DNA from: Flavobacterium sp.
GTDB lineage: Bacteria; Bacteroidota; Bacteroidia; Flavobacteriales; Flavobacteriaceae
NCBI RefSeq assembly: GCF_031537875.1
Contig: NZ_JAVKNB010000011.1
Location: 51,329-115,328, forward strand
Direction: 5' to 3'
Length of the DNA stretch: 64,000 bases
Shown: positions 9,667 through 18,092 of the stretch, in pieces
Position numbering within the stretch: the first letter of the stretch is position 1
How the letters are laid out: each line of letters begins with the position of its first letter
The notes under the pieces: generated by a model
Seen by the model: only the letters and a program-made list of their open reading frames with translations
Databases searched by the model: none
What the model was told of the DNA's origin: nothing
Made by a program: the position numbers and the translations under genes

Positions 9667-10872
9667 ATGAGAAAAGCAACTGTTTTACGATATACAATTT
9701 CAATAGTTTTATTAGCGCTACTTTTTAATCAAAAACTAGAAGCTCAAGAAAATAGCAAGACGATCCCTTCTAATTTAAAATGGTCAGAACGTATGGCTAT
9801 GTCTATTATGAAACGTCACCCACAGGCCTATCAAATTGATAGTCAAACAGAGCCTAAATGGGATTATGTTCATGGATTGGTTCTGACTTCTTTTGAGGCG
9901 TTATATAAGAAAACAAAAGATAAACAGTATTATAATTACATCAAGCAGTATGCGGATGCTACAATTGATGCGAATGGAGTAATCTCCTCGTATAAATTTG
10001 ATACGTACAATATTGATATGGTTACTGCCGGTCGAATCCTTTTTAATTTGTATAAAACAACAAAGGATGCTCGATATTTAAGCGTTTTACAATTATTGAG
10101 AAAACAAATTGCAGAACAACCTAGGACTGCAAGTGGTGGATTTTGGCACAAAAAAATGTATCCCAATCAAATGTGGTTGGATGGATTGTATATGGGTGAA
10201 CCTTTTTATGCTCAATACACAACACAATTTGAAAAAGGAGCTCAATTAAATGATATTGCTAAACAATTTGAGTTAATTCAATTGCATGCCACAGATCCAA
10301 AAACAGGCTTGTTATACCATGGTTGGGACGAAAGCAAACAAATGCCTTGGGCCGATAAAACGACCGGGTGTTCTCCTAATTTTTGGTCACGTTCAATTGG
10401 TTGGTACGTGATGGCATTGGTAGATGTCTTAGATTATTTTCCTAAAAATCACCCTAAAAGAAAAGAGTTGATAGGATATTTGAATGCAATAGCAAATAGC
10501 TTGGTAAAATTTCAAGATCCATCAGGACTATGGTATCAAGTAACAGATAAAGGAGGAAGCGAAGGCAATTATTTGGAATCTTCAGGTTCATCTATGTTTG
10601 CTTATGCCATGGCAAAAGGAGCTAACAAAGGTTATTTGCCAATACAATTCAAAGCTGTTGCTAATAAAGCATTTGACGGATTGACAACACAATTGATTAA
10701 GACAGATCCAGACGGTCAAATTCATATTACTCAAGCTTGTGCGGTAGCGGGGCTAGGAGGAAATCCTTATAGAGACGGTTCATATTCGTATTACGTAAAC
10801 GAACGCAAAAAAGACAATGATCCTAAAGCGACAGGTTCCTTTATTTTAGCAGCGTTGGAATTAAATAGATAG
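9667..10872 (+). CDS. GH105 unsaturated rhamnogalacturonyl hydrolase (Glyco_hydro_88 fold, YteR/YesR-like)
   Basis: Blocks WDYVHGLV, MWLDGLYMGEPFYAQY, LYHGWDES and FWSRSIGWYVMALVD are typical of GH105/GH88 alpha6/alpha6 barrels. Confidence 0.88.
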   Translation: MRKATVLRYTISIVLLALLFNQKLEAQENSKTIPSNLKWSERMAMSIMKRHPQAYQIDSQTEPKWDYVHGLVLTSFEALYKKTKDKQYYNYIKQYADATIDANGVISSYKFDTYNIDMVTAGRILFNLYKTTKDARYLSVLQLLRKQIAEQPRTASGGFWHKKMYPNQMWLDGLYMGEPFYAQYTTQFEKGAQLNDIAKQFELIQLHATDPKTGLLYHGWDESKQMPWADKTTGCSPNFWSRSIGWYVMALVDVLDYFPKNHPKRKELIGYLNAIANSLVKFQDPSGLWYQVTDKGGSEGNYLESSGSSMFAYAMAKGANKGYLPIQFKAVANKAFDGLTTQLIKTDPDGQIHITQACAVAGLGGNPYRDGSYSYYVNERKKDNDPKATGSFILAALELNR

Positions 10873-10881
10873 TAGTATAAA

Positions 10882-12504
10882 ATGAAAAGGATTAAAATTA
10901 GTTTTTTATTTTTCTTTATAGCCTCTTTCTGTTGTGTTCAGGGGCAAGAGGCTACCTTTTCTAAAAGTGTTTGGGTCTCTGATAATGGAGATGGAACCTA
11001 TACTAATCCAATTTTAAATAGTGATTATTCAGATCCGGATGTGATTCGGGTGGGAGATAAATATTATATGACTGCGTCCTCCTTCAATTGCATTCCTGGG
11101 TTGCCTATTTTGGAATCGAGTGATTTGGTGAACTGGAAATTGATAGGATATGGATTAACCAAACAACCTCCATTTGAAGTCTATGATAAGCCACAACATG
11201 GCAACGGGGTTTGGGCGCCCTGTATTCGATACCATAATAACGAATTTTATATCTATTATCCGGATCCTGATTATGGTATTTATTGTATAAAAGCTACAAC
11301 TGCTCAAGGACCTTGGTCGGAGCCAGTTTTGGTTAAACCAGGGAAAGGATTAATTGACCCAACTCCTTTTTGGGATGAGGATGGCAAAGTATATTTAGTG
11401 TATGCTTTAGCAGGAAGTCGAGCTGGAGTAAAAAGTGTTTTGTTAGTCTGTACAATGGATTCGAAAGGTCTTTTGGTTAATAATGATGATGTATTGATAC
11501 TTGACGGACATCAAGACGAACCTACGATAGAAGGGCCAAAAATATACAAGAAAAATAGCTATTACTATATTTTTGCGCCGGCTGGAGGTGTAGCTACAGG
11601 CTGGCAAACGGTGCTTAGATCCCGAACTATTTTAGGGCCTTACGAGAAGATAAAAGTTTTAGAACAGGGTACCTCTTCGGTCAATGGACCACATCAAGGA
11701 GCATGGGTGCAAACCCAAACAGGCGAAGATTGGTTTTTTCATTTTCAAGATAAAGGAGCTTACGGAAGAGTGGTTCATCTAGAACCTATGCAATGGAAAA
11801 ATGACTGGCCAATAATTGGAATTGATGCTGATAAGAATGGTATTGGCGAGCCAGTATCGAGGTATAAAAAACCGAATGTTGGAAAATCATTTCCCATTAC
11901 CTCATTAATAACGTCAGATGAATTTAATCAACCTCAACTTGAGTTGCAATGGCAATGGCATGCTAATCCAAAATTAAATTGGGCTTTCCCAACTAATTTG
12001 GGCTATTTTATGCTGAATTGTATACCAAAACCAAAAGAAGCAATTAATCTGTGGGAGGTTCCTAATTTACTGTTACAAAAATTTCCAGCAGATGAATTCA
12101 TCGCTACAACTCAATTAACATTTAATCCGCATTTCGATGATGAAGAGCTAAATTTTCTCGTTATGGGTTTAGATTATAGTAGCTTGAGAGTAAAGCAGGT
12201 TGAAGGGAAAATAATTTTGTCTCAAATAGCATGCAAAAATGCTGATAAAAAAGGTGTTGAAAACGAGATAGTGTCATTACCTTTAAAAACCAATTCAATT
12301 TATTTACGAGTAAAAGTAATTAAAAATGGAATTTGTACATTTTTCTATAGTGAAGATGGAAATAATTTCAAAGAGGTGGGAGTTCCTTTTACGGCAAGAG
12401 AAGGTAAGTGGATTGGAGCAAAATTAGGTTTTGTTGCTCTACGCAACGGATTCATTAATGATGCTGGAAATAGTAAAATAGATTGGATTAGATTTAATAA
12501 ATAA
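10882..12504 (+). CDS. GH43 beta-xylosidase / alpha-L-arabinofuranosidase-type hydrolase with a C-terminal concanavalin-like domain
   Basis: N-terminal five-bladed-propeller signature SDYSDPDVIRVGDKYYMTASSF ... GVWAPCIRY ... IEGP. Has a ~200-aa C-terminal beta-sandwich. Confidence 0.88.
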   Translation: MKRIKISFLFFFIASFCCVQGQEATFSKSVWVSDNGDGTYTNPILNSDYSDPDVIRVGDKYYMTASSFNCIPGLPILESSDLVNWKLIGYGLTKQPPFEVYDKPQHGNGVWAPCIRYHNNEFYIYYPDPDYGIYCIKATTAQGPWSEPVLVKPGKGLIDPTPFWDEDGKVYLVYALAGSRAGVKSVLLVCTMDSKGLLVNNDDVLILDGHQDEPTIEGPKIYKKNSYYYIFAPAGGVATGWQTVLRSRTILGPYEKIKVLEQGTSSVNGPHQGAWVQTQTGEDWFFHFQDKGAYGRVVHLEPMQWKNDWPIIGIDADKNGIGEPVSRYKKPNVGKSFPITSLITSDEFNQPQLELQWQWHANPKLNWAFPTNLGYFMLNCIPKPKEAINLWEVPNLLLQKFPADEFIATTQLTFNPHFDDEELNFLVMGLDYSSLRVKQVEGKIILSQIACKNADKKGVENEIVSLPLKTNSIYLRVKVIKNGICTFFYSEDGNNFKEVGVPFTAREGKWIGAKLGFVALRNGFINDAGNSKIDWIRFNK

Positions 12505-12508
12505 CAAT

Positions 12509-14530
12509 ATGGGTGTTTTGAAATTTTTATTAAAAGGGTTGTGTATTCTAGTATCGATTAGTGTTACCGCTCAAGTACATACTAAATCTTGGAAACAAAT
12601 TACAGAATCAAATGATCAAAAATGGTATGCTTCAGAAGAAGCAGCTCAGGTAGCTGAAAATGTTTTGTTGTACCAAAGAAATATTGGTGGTTGGCCCAAA
12701 AACATCCAAATGCAGCAATCGCTTTCAGATGTAGATAAGCAAAAGTTAGTAGAGTTAAAATCAGAACCTATAGAATGCACTATAGATAATGGGGCGACTT
12801 GTCAGGAGATGCTTTTCTTATCTAAAATCTACAGCAAAAATCCTGACACACGGTATAAAATGGCTTTTCTGAAAGGATTAAACTACTTGCTTACTGCTCA
12901 GTATGATAACGGTGGTTGGCCACAGTTTTATCCTTTAATTAAAGGATATTATACTCATATTACGTATAATGATGATGCGATGGTAAATGTTTTGGAATTG
13001 TTTAAAGAACTTAAAAATAAAACCAATGTTTATTCAATCAGTCCATCTCCAGAAATTCTAGAAAAAGTAAATTCTGCTTTTAATAAGGGAATAGACTGCA
13101 TACTAAAAACACAGTACAAACAAAACGGAGAGCTTACAGCATGGTGCGCTCAGCACGATGAGGTTAGCTTACTTCCTGCAAAAGCACGTGCTTACGAATT
13201 GCCTTCGTTAAGTGGTAAGGAATCGGCTAAGATTACACTGTTATTAATGTCAATCGAGAACCCGTCCCAAGAAATTATTGATGCGGTTGAGGCAGCTGTT
13301 CGTTGGTTTGAAAAAACAAAAATTGAAGGAATTAAAATTGAAAGTATTTCTAATCCCACAAGTAAGAAAGAAGATAAAGTAGTGGTACGAAGTCCAAATG
13401 CCTCACCACTTTGGGCTCGATTCATGGATTTAGATACCAATATTCCATTTTTTTGCGATCGGGATGGGATTAAAAAAGCAACATTAGCCGAAATTGGATT
13501 GGAACGAAGAAGTGGTTATGGCTGGTATACTGATGAGCCCAAAGAAGTACTTAAAAAATATATTTATTGGAAAAAAAACATAGCAAGGATCTCCTCAGAA
13601 AGTAGTAAAAAAAAAGCCCTAGTCAAAGATGATTTTTATATTGTGGTCGATCAAACGGGGCAAGGTAACTTTCTAACGATTCAAGATGCAATCAATTCAG
13701 CACCATCGTTTCCATACCAACGAATTATTATTTTTGTTAAAAATGGGGTATATAAAGAAAAAGTAAAAGTACATTCTTGGAACCCTAAAATATCATTAAT
13801 AGGAGAAAGTCGAGAAGGAACCATTATTACTTACGACGACTATTTTAATAAAATTGGTTTAGGTAGGAATAGTACATTTTACACCTATACGATGTTAGTA
13901 GAAGGGAATGATTTTTTTGCAAAAAATCTGACTATTCAAAATACTTCTGGCGAAGTGGGTCAGGCGGTCGCGCTAAATGTCAATGCAGATAGAGTTTTCT
14001 TTTCCAATTGTTCGTTTATAGGAAATCAAGATACGTTGTATACTTCAGGAGAAGGAACTAAAAATTATTTTAATAATTGTTATATTGAAGGTACTACCGA
14101 TTTTATCTTTGGAGATGCAACTGTACTATTTGAAAGTTGTGAAATCCATAGTAAAAAAGATTCGTATGTAACAGCGGCATCAACACCTCAAAATACAAAC
14201 TTTGGTTATGTTTTTAAGGATTGTAAATTGACAGCAGTTGAAGGGGTAAGTCAAGTATATTTAGGTCGTCCGTGGCGAATTTATGCAAAGACAGTTTTTA
14301 TGAATTGTGAAATGGGAGGACATATAAAACCCGAAGGGTGGGAGAATTGGTCCAAACCTGAAGCAGAAAAATCAGCATTTTATGCCGAATACAATTGTAA
14401 AGGTCCCGGTTTTCAACCTCAAAAAAGAGTTTCGTGGTCGCATCAACTGACCAAAAAAGAGTCTGAAGAATATACCTCAGAAGCTATTTTGGGAATTGAA
14501 TTCATAAATCAGATTCAGTCATTTAAATAA
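12509..14530 (+). CDS. Bifunctional PL10 pectate lyase (N-terminal) / CE8 pectin methylesterase (C-terminal) fusion
   Basis: The N-terminal half has PelA/Pel-15E-type motifs (LYQRNIGGWPKN, NGGWPQFYP). The C-terminal half has CE8 motifs GNQDTLY, DFIFG and YLGRPW. The junction is near 13.6 kb. Confidence 0.85.
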   Translation: MGVLKFLLKGLCILVSISVTAQVHTKSWKQITESNDQKWYASEEAAQVAENVLLYQRNIGGWPKNIQMQQSLSDVDKQKLVELKSEPIECTIDNGATCQEMLFLSKIYSKNPDTRYKMAFLKGLNYLLTAQYDNGGWPQFYPLIKGYYTHITYNDDAMVNVLELFKELKNKTNVYSISPSPEILEKVNSAFNKGIDCILKTQYKQNGELTAWCAQHDEVSLLPAKARAYELPSLSGKESAKITLLLMSIENPSQEIIDAVEAAVRWFEKTKIEGIKIESISNPTSKKEDKVVVRSPNASPLWARFMDLDTNIPFFCDRDGIKKATLAEIGLERRSGYGWYTDEPKEVLKKYIYWKKNIARISSESSKKKALVKDDFYIVVDQTGQGNFLTIQDAINSAPSFPYQRIIIFVKNGVYKEKVKVHSWNPKISLIGESREGTIITYDDYFNKIGLGRNSTFYTYTMLVEGNDFFAKNLTIQNTSGEVGQAVALNVNADRVFFSNCSFIGNQDTLYTSGEGTKNYFNNCYIEGTTDFIFGDATVLFESCEIHSKKDSYVTAASTPQNTNFGYVFKDCKLTAVEGVSQVYLGRPWRIYAKTVFMNCEMGGHIKPEGWENWSKPEAEKSAFYAEYNCKGPGFQPQKRVSWSHQLTKKESEEYTSEAILGIEFINQIQSFK

Positions 14531-14541
14531 ATTTATATACC

Positions 14542-15279
14542 ATGAGATTTCTAATTTTTCTTTGTTTTTGTATTTCGTTGAGTTGTTTTGCTCAAAAAAC
14601 TACTATTTACACTATTGGTGATTCGACCATGGCAGATAAGATTAAGCCGGATGAAAATCCCGAGAAAGGATGGTGTCAGGTATTACCTTCTTTTTTTGAT
14701 TTGAATACAATTACCATTGATAATCGAGCAGTTAATGGAAGAAGTACCAAAAGTTTCATCAATGAAAAACGTTGGGAATCAGTGTATAAATCTTTAAAAA
14801 AAGGCGATTATGTTTTCATTCAATTTGGACATAATGATGCAAAAGTCGCTGATTCTACACGATATACTAATCCGCATACTACCTACCGCCATAATCTGAT
14901 TCGTTTTGTTACCGAAACTAGAGAAAAAGGAGCTATACCTATTTTATTTTCATCTATTGCTAGACGCAATTTTAATGAACAAGGGGTTTTAGTAGACACT
15001 CATGGAGACTATCCGTTAGAAGCTCGTTTGGTAGCGCAAGAATACCAAGTACCATTTATCGATTTGGAATATTTTTCAGAAATTCTGGAACAATCTTACG
15101 GACCAGAAAAGTCTAAAGAACTGCATTTGTACTTCAAAGCGGGTGAGCATCCCTATTATCCCGAAGGTAAATCAGATGATACTCATTTGAGTCTTATGGG
15201 AGCTATGGAAATAGCAAAAATAGCAATAAGAGAGTTGCACAAACTGGATTTAGGAATAAATAAATATAACAAACTGTAA
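14542..15279 (+). CDS. GDSL/SGNH rhamnogalacturonan acetylesterase (CE12)
   Basis: Block I YTIGDSTMAD (catalytic Ser), a GHND-type block and a C-terminal DDTH catalytic pair. Has a signal peptide. Confidence 0.88.
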   Translation: MRFLIFLCFCISLSCFAQKTTIYTIGDSTMADKIKPDENPEKGWCQVLPSFFDLNTITIDNRAVNGRSTKSFINEKRWESVYKSLKKGDYVFIQFGHNDAKVADSTRYTNPHTTYRHNLIRFVTETREKGAIPILFSSIARRNFNEQGVLVDTHGDYPLEARLVAQEYQVPFIDLEYFSEILEQSYGPEKSKELHLYFKAGEHPYYPEGKSDDTHLSLMGAMEIAKIAIRELHKLDLGINKYNKL

Positions 15280-15280
15280 T

Positions 15281-15315
15281 AAAAAAACCTGTAATTACAA
15301 TTACAGGTTTTTTTG
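15281..15315. terminator. Bidirectional terminator shared by the CE12 gene (+) and tRNA-Ala (-)
   Basis: A7-ACCTGTAATT/AATTACAGGT-T8 perfect inverted repeat flanked by A and T runs. Confidence 0.8.
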
Positions 15316-15389
15316 TGGAGAAGATGGGGCTCGAACCCACGACCTCTTGACTGCCAGTCAAGCACTCTAGCCAACTGAGCTACATCCCC
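15316..15389 (-). tRNA. tRNA-Ala (anticodon GGC)
   Basis: Hand-folded cloverleaf GGGGATG/TA/GCTC..GAGT/CTTGA-CTGGCAG-TCAAG/AGGTC/GTGGG-TTCGAGC-CCCAT/CTTCTCC-A. Carries the G3:U70 Ala identity pair and has one U6-U67 mismatch. No encoded CCA. Confidence 0.85.
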
Positions 15390-15515
15390 AATGCAGGGGA
15401 CAAATATAGTTTAATTTGGTTTTAAATTCTTAATTGCAGAAAAAAACCACGCCATTCTTTCCAAAAAAAGAACAAACTAACAGAATAGTTTTAACTTTAC
15501 ATTAAAATTTCTGTT

Positions 15516-16283
15516 ATGGCATTACAAAACGCTACAGGTTCTATATTGATTTCTATCGATGCTACAATCGCTACGATTGAATTTGGACATCCAGCAAGTA
15601 ATTCGTTTCCGGCGCAATTGTTGCAAGATTTGACTAAAGCGATTGAGACCTTGGGCCAAAATCCTGAAGTTGTTGTATTAGTTTTGAAAAGTCAAGGAGC
15701 CGCTGCTTTTTGTGCGGGAGCTTCGTTTGACGAATTGTTAGCCGTAACCAATGAAGCGGAAGGGAAAGCTTTCTTTTCGGGATTTGCGCATTTGATTAAT
15801 GCCATGCGAAAATGTCCCAAAGTGATTGTAGGTCGTGTGCAAGGAAAAGTAGTAGGTGGTGGAGTGGGCATTGCAGCCGCTTGCGATTATGTTTTGGCTA
15901 GCCAAGAAGCGAATATCAAATTATCAGAATTAGCCATAGGTATCGGCCCTTTTGTAATTGAGCCAGCGGTGTCGAGAAAAATAGGTAAAACGGCTTTGGC
16001 TGAATTAGCATTAACGGCTCAGGAATGGAAATCAGCGGCTTGGGCCCAAGAAAAAGGCTTGTATGCCAAAACGTTTGAATCCATTGAAAAATTAGACAAA
16101 GCGGTAACAGAATTGGTACAAGTTCTTTCAAGCTATAACCCCGAAGCCTTAGCTGAGATGAAAAAAGTCCTTTGGGAAGGGACCGATCATTGGGAAAGCT
16201 TATTAGTAGAAAGAGCCGCCATTACTGGAAAATTAGTGTTATCAGATAGTACTAAAAAAGCCTTAGCAGCTTTTAAAAAATAA
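15516..16283 (+). CDS. Enoyl-CoA hydratase/isomerase (crotonase) family protein
   Basis: Crotonase-fold blocks FCAGASFDEL and GRVQGKVVGGGVGIAAACDY. Confidence 0.85.
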   Translation: MALQNATGSILISIDATIATIEFGHPASNSFPAQLLQDLTKAIETLGQNPEVVVLVLKSQGAAAFCAGASFDELLAVTNEAEGKAFFSGFAHLINAMRKCPKVIVGRVQGKVVGGGVGIAAACDYVLASQEANIKLSELAIGIGPFVIEPAVSRKIGKTALAELALTAQEWKSAAWAQEKGLYAKTFESIEKLDKAVTELVQVLSSYNPEALAEMKKVLWEGTDHWESLLVERAAITGKLVLSDSTKKALAAFKK

Positions 16284-16292
16284 TAGAATACT

Positions 16293-16460
16293 ATGTTAGT
16301 AGCTTTACAACAAGTAAATATTGCACAAAAAATAAAACATGCTCCTGATGGGAATTACCAAATCGGAGTCTTGATAGGGTCATTTATTCCGTTTGTTATT
16401 TTAGTTGGATTGGCGTATTGGATGTACAGCCGAGCCAAAAAAAGAGACCAAAACCCTTAA
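16293..16460 (+). CDS. Small (55 aa) single-pass membrane protein, unannotated in the ORF track
   Basis: ATG-started ORF 9 nt after the crotonase stop. One hydrophobic helix (IGVLIGSFIPFVILVGLAYWMY) followed by a basic tail RAKKRDQNP. Confidence 0.4.
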   Translation: MLVALQQVNIAQKIKHAPDGNYQIGVLIGSFIPFVILVGLAYWMYSRAKKRDQNP

Positions 16461-16495
16461 TTATTTCGTAAGTTTGCACTCAAATAGACAATGGA

Positions 16496-16948
16496 ATGAG
16501 CAATATTAGAATCACCAAACAATTCAGTTTTGAAACCGGTCACGCTTTATATGGCTATGATGGCAAATGTAAAAACGTACACGGGCATAGTTATAAACTA
16601 TCTGTAACCGTTATTGGTAAGCCAATAATTGACCGTTCAAACGTGAAATTTGGAATGGTGATTGACTTTACCGATTTGAAAAAAATCGTGAAAGAAGAAA
16701 TTGTAGACCAATTTGACCACGCAACAGTTTTTAACGAAACCACCCCTCATATTGAATTGGCTAAGGAGTTAAAAACCCGTGGACATCATGTTATTTTAGT
16801 AGATTACCAACCTACAAGTGAAAATATGGTGATTGATTTTGCACAACGCATCAAAAACAGATTGCCAGAAGGAATTGCACTTTTTTCTTTAAAACTACAA
16901 GAAACCGATTCGTCATTTGCAGAATGGTTTGCAAGCGATAATCTGTAA
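16496..16948 (+). CDS. queD: 6-carboxy-5,6,7,8-tetrahydropterin synthase (queuosine biosynthesis)
   Basis: FSFETGHAL ... CKNVHGHSYKL zinc/catalytic motif and PTPS fold size (150 aa). A TAAGTTTG -7-like box lies at 16469-16476. Confidence 0.88.
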   Translation: MSNIRITKQFSFETGHALYGYDGKCKNVHGHSYKLSVTVIGKPIIDRSNVKFGMVIDFTDLKKIVKEEIVDQFDHATVFNETTPHIELAKELKTRGHHVILVDYQPTSENMVIDFAQRIKNRLPEGIALFSLKLQETDSSFAEWFASDNL

Positions 16949-16958
16949 TTCAACAACT

Positions 16959-17714
16959 ATGCAATTAGCCAATAATAAAAAAATATATTTTGCTTCTGAT
17001 CAGCATTTTGGAGCACCAACAGCCGAATTGAGTTTTCCAAGAGAACAAAAATTTGTGGCTTGGTTAGACGAAGTGAAACAAGATGCCGAGGCTATTTTTT
17101 TATTGGGCGATTTGTTTGATTTTTGGTTCGAATACAAAACCGTAGTTCCAAAAGGATTTGTTCGTATTTTGGGCAAACTCGCTGAAATTCGCGACAGCGG
17201 CATTCCTATTTATTTCTTTGTAGGCAACCATGATTTGTGGATGGAAGATTATTTTCAAAAAGAATTGAATATTCCCGTGTACCGCGATAATCAAGAATTC
17301 ACTTTTGGAAACAAAACCTTTTTGATTGGTCACGGCGACGGAAAAGGGCCTGGTGATAAAGGGTATAAACGTATGAAAAAAGTGTTTACGAATCCTGTAG
17401 CCAAATGGTTTTTCCGTTGGTTGCATCCGGATTTGGGTGTGGGTTTAGCACAATACCTTTCGGTAAAAAATAAATTGATTTCGGGTGCTGAAGATGTGGT
17501 ATTTTTGGGCGAAGAAAACGAATGGCTGATTCAATATGCTAAACGCAAACTCGAAACCAAACACTACAATTACCTTGTTTTTGGACACCGCCACTTACCT
17601 ATGGTGTTTCCTTTAGGTAATAATTCAGACTACGTGAATTTAGGCGACTGGATTACCTATTTTACCTACGGCGTTTTTGACGGGGAAACTTTCGAAATTA
17701 AAAAACAGGAATAA
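16959..17714 (+). CDS. lpxH: UDP-2,3-diacylglucosamine diphosphatase-like metallophosphoesterase (LpxH family)
   Basis: Calcineurin-like motifs SDQHFG, GDLFDFW, GNHD and GHGD. Start moved to ATG 16959 (MQLANNKKIYFASDQHFG), because the track start overlaps queD. Confidence 0.8.
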   Translation: MQLANNKKIYFASDQHFGAPTAELSFPREQKFVAWLDEVKQDAEAIFLLGDLFDFWFEYKTVVPKGFVRILGKLAEIRDSGIPIYFFVGNHDLWMEDYFQKELNIPVYRDNQEFTFGNKTFLIGHGDGKGPGDKGYKRMKKVFTNPVAKWFFRWLHPDLGVGLAQYLSVKNKLISGAEDVVFLGEENEWLIQYAKRKLETKHYNYLVFGHRHLPMVFPLGNNSDYVNLGDWITYFTYGVFDGETFEIKKQE

Positions 17715-17723
17715 GCTAGTAAA

Positions 17724-18089
17724 TTACGCTCTTAGAATTTTTTCCATTTTTTTACCTTTCGCCAATTCGTCAACTAACTTATCCAAATAACGTACTTGTT
17801 TGGTCAATGGATTTTCAATTTCCTCAATTTTATAACCACAAATAGTCCCTGTAATTAATTCGGATTTAGGGTTTAGACTAGCCCTTTCGAAAAAGGTTTT
17901 AAAAGTTACGTTTTCGTCAATGAGTTGTCGTAGACTCATGTCGTTAAATCCCGTTAGCCATTGAATTACTTGATGTAATTCTGTTTTGGTTCGACTTTTG
18001 CGTTCCACTTTAGCAAGATAAAGCGGATAGACTGAAGCAAAAGTCATTTTGGCAAATCGTTCGTTATGTTCTGGGGTTGTTTGCATCAA
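17724..18089 (-). CDS. DUF2200-like small cytoplasmic protein
   Basis: 121 aa. Sequence resembles the DUF2200 family, recognised by eye. Confidence 0.55.
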   Translation of the reverse strand: MMQTTPEHNERFAKMTFASVYPLYLAKVERKSRTKTELHQVIQWLTGFNDMSLRQLIDENVTFKTFFERASLNPKSELITGTICGYKIEEIENPLTKQVRYLDKLVDELAKGKKMEKILRA

Positions 18090-18092
18090 GTT

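Noticed and set aside
12549-12564. GTATCGATTAGT inside the PL10-CE8 gene. I considered it as a third LacI operator.
   Set aside because: Only the central ATCGAT core matches. The outer half-site positions differ at several places and the site is intragenic.
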